This document shows positions 12,425 through 23,969 of a stretch of DNA of 64,000 bases, piece by piece. Both the position numbers and the translations under genes were made by a program. The first letter of the stretch is position 1, and each line of letters begins with the position of its first letter. Below the pieces are notes generated by a model that ran no database searches, had not been told where the DNA came from, and saw nothing but the letters and a program-made list of their open reading frames with translations. The stretch is from assembly GCA_951406725.2 (NCBI GenBank), contig OX597815.1, positions 138,012,001 through 138,076,000 on the forward strand. Direction: 5' to 3'. This DNA comes from Octopus vulgaris (Eukaryota).

Positions 12425-13947
12425 CACAGTTGGCATCCATACAAATTTCTGTCTACCAAATTTACTCATAGTATTGATTGGTCCGAGTTTAGGGTAGAAA
12501 ACACTTACTCAAGTTGCCACACAATGAGTTAGAACTAGGAACCATGTGGCTACTAAGTAAACTCTGTATCCACATGACTGTGCAGGAACGTATGATATAT
12601 GTAATTTTATAAACACACACCACCACCACCACCACCACCATCATCATCATCATTTAATGTTTGTTTTCCATGTTGGCATGAGTTGTATGGTTGAACCAGA
12701 ACTGGCAAGCAGGAGAGCTGCATCAGGTTCTAGTCTAATGTGGCCTGGTTTCTACATCTGGATGACCTACATGCTAAGTTTTTATTGACCTGGAGACAGT
12801 TTGTTGACAGACCATCATGTTCTGTTGTCTGGTGGTTGCTAAGAAAACACAATGTAGATGAATGACTTGTAAGAACTGTACAAGCTATGTGCAGGGGTGC
12901 TGCCACAAAAGTGAGAATTAGCAACTAGCTGAGTGAGGAAGTTTATGTCAGATTCTTCCAGTTTATTACATTTTTCCAGATAATAACAGGTAATCAAGAT
13001 TGGCTGTTTGTAAAAAAGAAAAAAAAATCTTTTATACATGCAATTTAGGAGATTAAAGGTAAAGTTCCATATGTGGAAGCAGAGACTTGAATGAAGAAAC
13101 CTAAAAATCAGTTAGGCAAAGAAGAAAGTTTCAGTCAACCGAAAGAGACCAGTGCTGCATTTCCAAGGGGGTACATAGAAGGTTAGGTGGGATCCCTGAC
13201 TAGGTACTGAGAAGAAAGATTTTATATATAATAGATGCAGGCATGGCTGTGTGGTTAAGAAGTTTGCTTTTCAACTGCATGGTTTCAGGTTCAGTTCCAC
13301 TGTGTGGCATTTTCAGCAAGTGTCTTCTACTATAGACCTGGGCAGAATAAAGCCTTGTGGATAGATGTGCTTGACAGACACTGAAAGATGCCTGTCAGAT
13401 GTGTGTATGTATGTGTGTATATATATATGGATGTGTTTATATATATGTATCAGCACACACTCCATATATATATATATTAGAAGAAATGAGGTACTCAGAA
13501 AATCGGATGGTTTATATTTACAGATATTTATTTGTATATTACATTTTTTATACATCATATAACTTAGATCATGTATTAGCGCTTTCTCCCATTCTAGTGG
13601 GGTTTTCAAATCAAACTAAGTTCCTGTGTGAAAAGTTTTGACCATTTTATAGTGGTATTGAGTTTGTAGTGGTGGGGAGGAATATAAGACAGTACAAGAG
13701 GGTGATGGATGAGGAGAAAGTGAGAAAGAGAGAGCATGTGTGTGTGTGCTTGCGTGTGTGTGTTTTTGTATTTGGAATGAGTGCTAAAGAAAAAGAGGGG
13801 AAGGGAGAGGGAAGAAGAAGAAAAGAATTTTTTTGCTCTGCTGGACAGGATGCTTACTCCAAGGGGGGTCTAAGATCTTGGGGTAAAAGAATTTCAGTTT
13901 TGACCATTTCATAGTGTTATTGAGTGTGTGGTGTATATATATATATA

Positions 13948-15529
13948 CTAGCATTATGACCCTTCGTTGCCGGGTCATAGTGCTAGTGCATGTATATATG
14001 TGTATATATATGTGTACATATTACATGTACATCTATATATATATACATCTACACATAAAATACAAAATGCAAGGTTATATCTTGATATCGCTAGTGATAA
14101 CAATACTCAAAATATATAACAAATTGGAATTGTAGGCCCGTCTCTTGCAATTTCGATCAATTGTATCTTGTCCTCCCTCTACAATCCAGCCAACTTCTAC
14201 TTCTGGGGGAACATTTTAAATTTTTATCCAGGACGTCCTACGTCCCAAATATAAAGGTAAAAATGAAATATTTCCACTTTGCAAGGTTCGAGTCAAGTAC
14301 TCCCTTGCATGCTCCGTTGACTCGAACCTTGCTTCTATTGTGGCAAATTTACTGCCTCTGGTTAGATATCTTTCATATTCGCACCAAGACACTTTTCGAT
14401 GGTGCTTTCCTCCAGGTGTTCAAATCTTTTTTTCTCTACATTGTATACTTTATAGACAATAGTCTTTTCTTTAATTTAATTTTTTATTTCATTTGGTAGT
14501 GTTATCCTAGATTCACTGTCTTTGTCGGTGATAAATCCGAAATAGGTTTGTATTTCTTTCTTTTTAATTTTAATGAGTTCGCGCCCGCCAACGGCTGCAG
14601 CGAAATTCATTTTTGGACTTTCTTCTATCGAAGGCATTCTAACAAAAATGCTTCCGTATAAACGGTGAAAATATTGTCAATTTCCTCAAACAGGGACACA
14701 ATTCAATTTTTAAACAATAATCAAAGCTCCTTCTCCCAAAGGGGGAGGGTTACAGTTTACAATTATTTAACAAATGCAACACAACGCTTCCCTTACGAGG
14801 AACCAACAAACATGATAACAATAGTTAAACAGTAATAATAATAACAACAAACCTTATGGTGAATCAAAAAGCAGTATGCAGTTGAAGCTATAGCCCTTTA
14901 TGTATAAGAAATAAACCAACAACAGTACTCAGTTGAAGTGGCTGTTCGAGAAAACAGACATTACATATAGCCAAACTTCATATAGATACTTAATGCTAGC
15001 TAATTAGCAGATAATCTAATGTAAAAGTCGTGGTAAACGGTATGTGCACAGCTCCATCTGGACTATTCCATTTCTGCATGCTAATTTTATTTTTAATTTA
15101 TTCCCATTCATGTGAAACCACTTATTCAAGTTCAAGTCATTGATGCAATTTTATACCAATTGCTATTTTTACTTTTGTTATGTTACGATTATATTATACT
15201 TTAGTTTGATTTTAATTATTACTTACTACATATAATTCAATTGTTATTATTATCTCTAATTTTTATTGTTAAAGTGAAAGTATCTGACATAAAATAGAGA
15301 AATGTTTTTGTTTCACTTTTAACACGTAATACTGAAATAGTGGAGAAGATATGATATTGCTATGGGCTCGCCCTAGACAAGGAGTTGAACATTTTTTTTG
15401 CCCATCAAACTAGATGGACCCTAAGTAAGGCATGTGTAAAATTTGAATGAAATTGGTTGTGTAGTTCTCAAGTTTTAGGGAAACACACAGACAGACAGAC
15501 ATTCTCAGTTTTATATATATAGAGAAGAG

Positions 15530-15530
<1 letters not shown>
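13948..15530 (-). mobile_element. Non-autonomous Helitron
   Basis: On the minus strand: 5' TC at 15530 followed by tatatata and (CTGT)n; 3' hairpin actagcactatgaccc...gggtcataatgCTAG ending 13948; sits between A and T with no TSD. Confidence 0.7.
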
Positions 15531-15562
<32 letters not shown>

Positions 15563-15593
15563 TGTATGTATATATATATATGTATGTATGTAC

Positions 15594-15634
<41 letters not shown>

Positions 15635-15694
15635 GCATTATATATATATATAAATATGATGATGATGATATATGTATATATATGTATATATATG

Positions 15695-16255
15695 ACCCAG
15701 GAAAACCTGGGACGAGGTGGTGAAGCACGACCTTTGAACTTTAGGTCTCACTGAGGAAATGACTAGAGACCGAGACCTTTGGAAGTATGCTGTGCGTGAG
15801 AAGACCCGGCAGGACAAGTGAGACCATAATCCGTGGCCTCTACCTGGGATGTAGCCAGTCCACCTATGCCAGTCCACTTATGCATACCTTTCCTTCTTGG
15901 GACACAAAACTCTACTTGTGAAGACCTGTTGAGGCAAGTGAAAATCAAAATCCAAATCGATCAACATCAATGGAAATTGTGGCTGTGATACCAGTGCCGG
16001 TGGCACATAAGAGAACCATCCGAACATGGCCATTTGCCAGCCTTGCCTGGCACCTGTGCCAGTGGCACGTAAAAAGCACCCACTACACTCATGGAGTGGT
16101 TGGCGTTAGGAAGGGCATCCAGCCGTAGAAACATTGCCAGATCAGACTGGGCCTGGTGCAGCCTTCTGGATTCCCAGACCCCAGTTGAACCGTCCAACCC
16201 ATGCCAGCATGGAAAGCGGACGCTAAACGATGATGATGATAATGATGTTGATGAT
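15695..16255 (+). mobile_element. RTE-tail element/SINE
   Basis: cccaggaaaacctgggacgaggtggtgaagcacgac ([12 protein letters not shown]) through ...gcggacgctaaacgatgatgat. Confidence 0.8.
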
Positions 16256-16286
16256 ATATGTATGTATGTATAATGCATTATGTATG

Positions 16287-16351
<65 letters not shown>

Positions 16352-16453
16352 TTATACACACACATGCAAACACACACATATAGGTATATATATGTATGTA
16401 TGTATATGTGTGTATATATATATGTATAATGTATATATATATATATATATATA

Positions 16454-17717
16454 TGACAAAATAATAGTAACACCTTAAAATTTAAAACAAATTTATTTTC
16501 ATATAGGGTAGGACCACCTTTGGCAGTAATTACAGCATGAATTCTATGAGGTATAGACTCATACAAAGTTTGAATTGTTTCGAAAGGAATTTTTGTCCAT
16601 TCTTCAGTTAAAACAGTCTCCAGCTCTTGTAGTGATGATGGTGGAGGATATCGACTCCTTACATGTTTTTCTAAAATGCACCATAAATGTTCAATAATAT
16701 TGAGGTCTGGGGACTGTGGTGTCCAGATAAGATGTCTAACTTCACTAAAATGTTCCTCGTGCCATTCAGTAACAACTTTAGCTGTGTGAATTGGTGCATT
16801 ATTATCCTGAAAGATTGCATTTTCCTCTGGAAACAGTTCTGCGACTATAGGATGAATTTGATCAAATAAAATGCTTAAATAGTCTTGACTATTAATTCTG
16901 CTGTGAAGGGAAACTATTGGGTTGGCAGATTTCCAAGATATAGCCTCCCAGATCATCACAGATCCTCCTCCATGTTTAACGATTGGAAGAAGGCAGTCTG
17001 GGTCAAATGCTTCTTATGGCTGTCTCCACATGTATACTCGGCCAGCGGTCAGAAATAAGGTAAAGGATAACTCGTCCAAGAAAATAACATTCCTCCACTG
17101 CTCTAGGGACCAATTGTATAGGTTTTTACTCCACTCTAGACACTTCGCAGTGTTGTTTTTGAAAGTAGTGGTTTTCTAATTGCAGCCTTCCTTTGAAATC
17201 TGGCTTTGTGCAGCACCTGGCGAAAAATTTTTTGTGGAAACTGGGTTCTCAAGGTGGTCATTAAGCTCTGCAGTAATTTTGGGAGCTGTACTTTTGTGAT
17301 CCTTTCTAACAATTCGTGTAAGAGTCCGATGGTCCCTATCTGAAAATTTTTATTTTCTTCTGGAGTTTTGTTTCGATGAGGAGGCTTTTCCCTCTCTTTC
17401 AAAGGCTGTCATTACTTTCGAGACAGTACTTCTCGATACACCAAACATTTCAGCTGTTTTTGTTACACTAGCACTTGCCATACAAGCACCAGCAATTTGA
17501 CCTCTGAAAGTCCGATAGATCTGTCATTTTAATGAATTTTAATTACCTTTTTCTGATGATATCTGAAAAGAAACAGTAACTTTAGCAAACATATTAAGCA
17601 ACACTAATAATAAATAAAAAAACATAAAAATAAACAAGCTTTTGATAGTTGTATAGATATATTAAAATTATGATACTTTGATGCTAGGTGTTTCCATTAT
17701 TTTTTCCAACTCCTGCA
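16454..17717 (-). mobile_element. Tc1-type DNA transposon, transposase pseudogene
   Basis: [43 protein letters not shown] motifs; N-terminal HTH part frameshifted; TIR remnants (aaaataatggaaacacct / aaaataatagtaacacct); flanked by TA repeats. Confidence 0.9.
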
Positions 17718-17914
17718 TATATATATGCACATGTATGTATGAGTATATATGTATATATATATGTGTATATACAGTGATGATGATGATATTTGTGTATATA
17801 TATATATAATTAATAAAAAAAATGGAGAAAAAAGACAAGGAAAACCAACAACACGAGCACATGGTACATGCAAAGTATTAATAAGATGTTCAGAGAAGTA
17901 AAGACAGAGTAGTT

Positions 17915-17949
17915 GTCTTACGTTTTGAGCAAAGCTCTTCTTCAGAAAC
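17915..17949 (-). ncRNA. Degenerate minimal type I hammerhead motif
   Basis: Minus strand gttt-CTGAAGA-a-GAGC-ttt-GCTC-AAAA-CGTA-agac; GAAA mutated to AAAA (CpG-decay pattern). Confidence 0.55.
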
Positions 17950-18044
17950 AGGAGACATAGGAAAATCCAAAAGAAAAGGAAGAAGGAGGAAAAAATATTG
18001 CTAACAGTCTACATGTATATATATGTCATATTATGTGGAGAAAA

Positions 18045-18215
18045 TCCCTGGAGAAGGGCATCATGCTCAGAATGGTCAGTGGCAAGAGAGGAAGAGGCCG
18101 ACCAAGAACCCACTGGCTTGATATCATCAAGAGTGATACCGGAATGGACATAGCCAGTCTGAAAGAAGCGGCCCAGGATAGAACTGACTGGAGGACTAAC
18201 TGAGAGTCGACTTTG
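18045..18215 (+). mobile_element. RTE LINE 3' fragment
   Basis: Translates to SLEKGIMLRMVSGKRGRGRPRTHWLDIIKSDTG...AAQDRTDWR. Confidence 0.75.
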
Positions 18216-20531
18216 ACTGAGCAGATAAAAAAAAAAATGTCATTTAGTTGGAACGTACCTGTGTAACCCATACCAACAAAGAAAAGCATACATATAACAT
18301 TAATCACAAACATACACACACACACACATATGTACATGCACTCACACATGTGCACTTGTAATTCAAACGTATGTTTGAATTCACAAATAACAAGGAAAAT
18401 GTATTAAATCCATACTATGGTTTCAAATTTTGGTACAAGGCTTGCAATTTTAAGGGTTGGGATAAGTCAGTTACATCAACCACAGTGTTTTATCTGTTAC
18501 TTATTTCATCGACCCTCCCAGAAGGATGAAAGGTAAAGTCAACCTCATTGGCATTTGAACTCAAAATGTAAAGACAGACGAAATGCTAAAGTTTCTGCCA
18601 ACTTGATGCATTACTCAATACATACAATAAAGTTGATACATTTATTAAATGTTCTGCCCTTTGTCACTTAGATTTCATGTTTCTGCTTTTCACTGTGACT
18701 GGTATTATAAGTTAGATATCTGTCTTTTTGTAGATATTTCAGAATATACAAGCTTGATCAATGATTGGATAGAAAAGATAGTATAATGGTAATTACATCC
18801 AAATAATGTTTATAATTGTAATACTCATGTGGATAGCCAAGTTGGATCCCCTGGTAATATACATAAAAATATTACACTATCGTCAAGTATCACAAAACTC
18901 ACTGAATGCAAAAAAACTGTTTCATTGCTCTGTATATTAGACCTCTCACTGTATGCAGACACTACTATACCACCAATTATAATAATAATTGCTAGCATGA
19001 ATAAACAGTTTTATGATGGTGATATTAATTTTACACATGTTAATGTCAAAAATTATTCACTCCGTTTGCTATATATATATGTATATATACATGTGTGTGT
19101 GTGAGTGTGTGCACTTCCACTCTTACTACATTCACTTCTACACCCATTCCTGATTTCTCACCATCTCTCACCTCTCACTTTACACTCTTAGGAATCTACT
19201 CACCCATCCTTCCTTTATCTTGACATTCCATGATTGTTATAATTGAGTGTCATCATCTGTTAGGTGGTGTCTTTCATTTCCAGTCTTCAAGGAAAACATG
19301 TCTAGATACATGGAAATATCACCATACTACCTTAGTTGGAAACAGGTGAAGGTTGTTGACAGGAAGAGGATCCAGCTGTAGCAAATCTTCCTCCACAAAA
19401 TTTTGCCCAAGCAAGCAAGCATGGAATAGTGGATGTTAAAGCGATAATGATGATGGTGATAGTCTACTGTCTTATACTTTGAGGGTTTATTCTGGTACCC
19501 CATTGCTACTATCTTACTTTCTCCCCAGCTACTCCTGATAAAATGCAGGGTTGTCACATATCTTCTCTGTAAGAAGATGCCTGTACATGTCCTTTTTCCA
19601 TACTGCCTTTTTCCTGTTCTTTTTATGTCTTGCAAGTTACTTAGCAACATCACGAGTGCTGGTGATGCCAAAAAAGCACCCAGTACACACTGTATGGTGG
19701 TTGGCATAAAGAAGGACATCTGGCCATAGAAACCATGCCAAATCTGACATTCGAGCATGATACAACCTGGTGACCTTCCAGAGCTTGTCAAACCATCCAA
19801 CCCATGCCAGCATGGAAAGCAGATGTCAAATGATGGTAATAATGATTTTATATGCATATATATAAAATACTGGTGGAATATTGCAATAAAAACAGCAATT
19901 TGGTGTAAGCACAGTAGGCAGATATTATTTTGTGGGACAAAGCAGTCATTCATTGTTGTAGAGATCGGCTCCCTGTTGTCTCCATAACAGTGAAATCAGC
20001 TGCCTGATAGATGTAAATATCTCATAAAAACTTGGAGAACTAATGGAAAACAGAGCTCTTATATCCAAATTTAGGATTTGCATTCATATCTATTGTTATG
20101 GTTGCACTGGGATACATTAGAACAGATTTGCTGAAAAAAAAAACTTAGAAATGCTAGGGTTCTCTAAAAAGAACAAAGCAAACTGATTTCTATTCTCCAA
20201 GTATACTCGATGAGTTGTGCAGAGATAATTTGTAAAATATTCTATGGATTCTCTGTTTGTGCTGCTTTGGCTGAATATAAATTCACAATCACACACACAA
20301 ATGACATACATATATGCATGCATGTACACACACACACATGTATAGTAAAGAACATGTACACCCACTACATGATTGCAATTTTATCCACACATACACACAC
20401 TCATGCAAACACCAACTAATTCAAATATCTACAATCCTTAAGAGCTTTGTCACTTTGTTAGTGTCCAGTTCGAAATTTGCACATAAATTCCACCAAATAT
20501 ATTCTTTTATTGTTTCAGTCGTTTGACTGCA

Positions 20532-20582
<51 letters not shown>

Positions 20583-20592
20583 GTTTTTATAT

Positions 20593-22756
20593 ATCGCATA
20601 TGTCTGTGTATAAGATGACCTTTAAATCTTAAAACTTACCCTAAAAATTTGTGGGCATCTTATACCACCATTCTAAAAATCAAAGTTTGAATTTTAAGTG
20701 ATTTTATAAGACAGCTAACCTTGACCTCAGTGCGATAACCACAGACATACGTGAACAGATTAACAAAATAGAAGAAAATTATAATGTAGGTAATAAAAAC
20801 ATTTTTACTTTTTATATTATTGGCATATCTTCATAATAAATAGCCTATTAGAGAGATAATTCTATATCATTGAAATCAACTTTTATCTATGAGAGCTCAG
20901 CTGACAAAATATAAACATTGAGTTATGGTTGCGCTCACAGTAACCTTTATCTTTTGTTAACCTTTTAAAAATTTTAATGGTGATGTATAACTAGTAATAA
21001 GATTTAGAATAACATAGTTATATTTTTCATAAACTATCTATTATCATTTGGTGGTAAATAACACAATTTGGATTACATACAACCTGTATTTTTCAATAAA
21101 ATTATTTTACAGTAGGTGCATTTAAAACATAAGACATTATAAATCTTTCTTATTTCCTATCAAGATAAATAATAGTAATAAAACATCAAACCTCAATCCA
21201 TAATTTCACACCACTCTCATCCATCCACCCTTTCTCTTGAAAATGAACAAACTTGCCAGGAGGAAAATCTATTTTGGACTTTGTTTTACATTTAAAAATA
21301 ACCATGGGTTTTAATTTTATACCGTCAGCTAAGCTATGCAGGATAATACCACCTTAAACCCTGTTTTCTCATATCCTGTGCTTTTAATGTGCACTGTTTT
21401 TACTCCTTTCAAATCTACCATGTTGTTATCCAGCATGTCAAAGTTTAACGGAGTCTCATCCATTTTTCCATTATGAGACAATGGAAACTGATGCCTTTTT
21501 CTCAGCTGGATGATGAACTGGTGAAAACTGGTTACTTTGTTATCAACATCTCTCAGGAGTTTTTGGGTGACTTTTGTTTTCTCCCTTATTACCAGATTTT
21601 TTTTTCTGTTCATAAAATGATTGCACCAGCCTACTGTTGCTTTAAAATCTTTACTTTCTTCTTTATATGATTTAGCCTGTTTTAGGGCATAAGATCTTAT
21701 CTTATTTCGTGTTACAATGTAGCCATGTCTCTACAGGGGAACCGATTTTACTACATCATTTTCCAACTTTGGCCACAAATGCTTCCTCTTCTCATTGCAC
21801 ATTTTTGTTTGGGCATTTGTCTTAATTTTTCTTCATTCTTTCTCCACTCTCATACCATCATCTCTGTAACATCGAATGTTCTAACAGCAGCACAATCGTC
21901 CAAACTCTTGGCTACTTCTGTAACTTTCAATTTGAAACTAGCCTTATATTTTCTTCTTCTTGCTGGTGGTTGCATATTGGTATGGGTATAAAATAATTAT
22001 AAATTTCACTTGATTTGACAATTTGTGATTTTATATGAAGTATAGGTAAATACTCCAGGCTGACTGTAACTGTTTAGATCATATGAAGTCATATGAAGTA
22101 CCATTATTGTATTGTTGTTAGTGAATTGTTATGATAATGATAAAGTTTTGATAAAGAAGAATCGGAATTCAAAAGAGATCAGCTCATAAATGTAAATAAA
22201 ACCATGTGTATAGGAAAAACATGATATAGAATCGTTTTCGTTTTTATTGGTAAATGTTAGGGTATATACAGTATATATTAGCATATATTCTGTGAATAGG
22301 AAAACAAGAGGAAGAAGAAGAAAAGCACAAAAATCAGATGAAATGTAAACAATGGTTCCCTTTTAGGTGACATGTGTATGAAAAAATATGATATAGAAAT
22401 AAATTTATACAGTTATATATTTAAGAGATGAGAAATTATGTACATTATTTACATTTGACGGATATTTGTCCTCATCTTGTTTGTTGTTAACACAATGTTT
22501 CAGCTGATATACTCTCCAGCCTTCATCAGGTGTCTTGGGGAGATTTCGAACCTGGGTTCTCATTCCTAAGGTATTGTTGTTGTTGTTGCTGTTGTTGTTC
22601 AGGTCACTGCCTGGAATCGAACTCGGAATCTTAGGGTTAGTAGCCCCTGCTCTTAACCACTATGCCATGTGGCATATGGCGAAGTGGTTAAGAGCGCGGG
22701 CTACTAACCCCAAGATTCTGAGTTTGATTCCAGGCAGTGACCTGAATAATAATAAT

Positions 22757-22794
<38 letters not shown>

Positions 22795-23148
22795 TAATAA
22801 TAATAATAATAGCATCGAAAAATACCTTAGGAATGAGAACCCAGGTTTGAAATTTCCCCAAGACATCTGATGAAGGCTGGAAGGTATATCAGTTGAAATG
22901 TTGTGTTAACAACAAACAAGATGAGGACAAATATTCCTCAAATGTAAATAATGTAAATAATGTCGAAATCGATATGTTATTTTGTTTATTTTAATTTCTA
23001 AGGATATAGTCTTTACATGGCTAATATTTCTAAAGATACCTGTCATTGCTAAAGCTAGCCTGTACATGAGATAAATTCCTGAAATTCTTTACAAATTTTG
23101 ACCTCATCTTATCTATAGGTTGTCTTATACATGGAAATATATGGTGTA
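20593..23148 (-). mobile_element. pogo/Tigger-like DNA transposon relic with a nested insertion
   Basis: ORF 21329..21613(-) KMDETPLNFDM...KSTGYEKTGFKVVLSCIA (pogo DDE N-part); imperfect TIRs gtgtataagatgacc (about 20605-20620) and ggttgtcttatacatgg (about 23118-23134). Confidence 0.7.
22415..22955. mobile_element. Head-to-head palindromic SINE: tRNA-like head, (AAT/AAC)n, hammerhead-like tail
   Basis: Arms about 22439-22667 and 22674-22955 are inverted copies; each has A box tggcgaagtgg, B box gagttcgattcc, then CTGATGA-a-ggctgg...tcagc/tt-GAAA. Confidence 0.8.
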
Positions 23149-23655
23149 TATATATATATATATATATGTATATTTTATATATATATTTTTACACACATAC
23201 ACACACACACATTTGTATGCACATTAGTGATTCACGAAATCATCCATAGATTTTTATGGTGAATACATATGTACTGACAGAAAATTAAGTCCAGAATCAG
23301 TCAAATTGAACGGTCCCTACTGATGAGGCTACAGAATATGTTGAAACTGACCGATCCATATAGCGAATTTGTTGACAGGTGTTTTTGGGTGATTACACGC
23401 CCTGTTAGTACATATGTATACAATTATGTGCTTTAACTACGGCATTAGAGCTTTCTAGCTCTTATTTCCAACAATGTCGGTGTTCTAACATCCCAGTCAT
23501 ATTTGGTGACAATTACAGTTTTCCTTTTTGGTAACACATTGCACATGGCTGTTTATACTGATTTTATATATATGTGTGTGTATATATACATATATTTCGT
23601 TTTTGGACTTGATTTGCAAGATTCTTTATATGAGTTTGTGTGTTGAAGCATATTC

Positions 23656-23926
23656 TGTTGTGTCTGGGGAGAGTCATTCTCTTTTAGTACCTTATTATTT
23701 AACACACTCACCGGTAAAATTTCCACTTATTTTGTCTTTTTATTTTCCTAAAATTTTCGTTGTGTCTTGCAACCTTTTCAATAATCTTGACTATTTCAAT
23801 AGTCAAGATTATTGAAAAGGTTGCAAGATGCAACGAAAATAAAAAGACAAAATAAGTGGAAATTTTACCGGTGAGTGTGTTAAATAATAAGGTACTAAAA
23901 GAGAATGACTCTCCCCAGACACAACA

Positions 23927-23927
<1 letters not shown>
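23656..23927. repeat. Near-perfect hairpin (arms about 130-140 bp) abutting (TA)n
   Basis: ctgttgtgtctggggagag...cttgactatt / aatagtcaag...ctccccagacacaacag; minimal loop; one arm lacks 11 nt. Confidence 0.9.

Positions 23928-23969
<42 letters not shown>

Noticed and set aside
15967-16959. 330-aa ORF as an intact gene
   Set aside because: Tc1 catalytic fragment reading through (TA)n into a SINE; the N-terminal part is frameshifted.
22671-22745. Possible tRNA gene (ACT anticodon loop)
   Set aside because: Acceptor and T stems do not pair; it is the head of a repeated SINE-like element.
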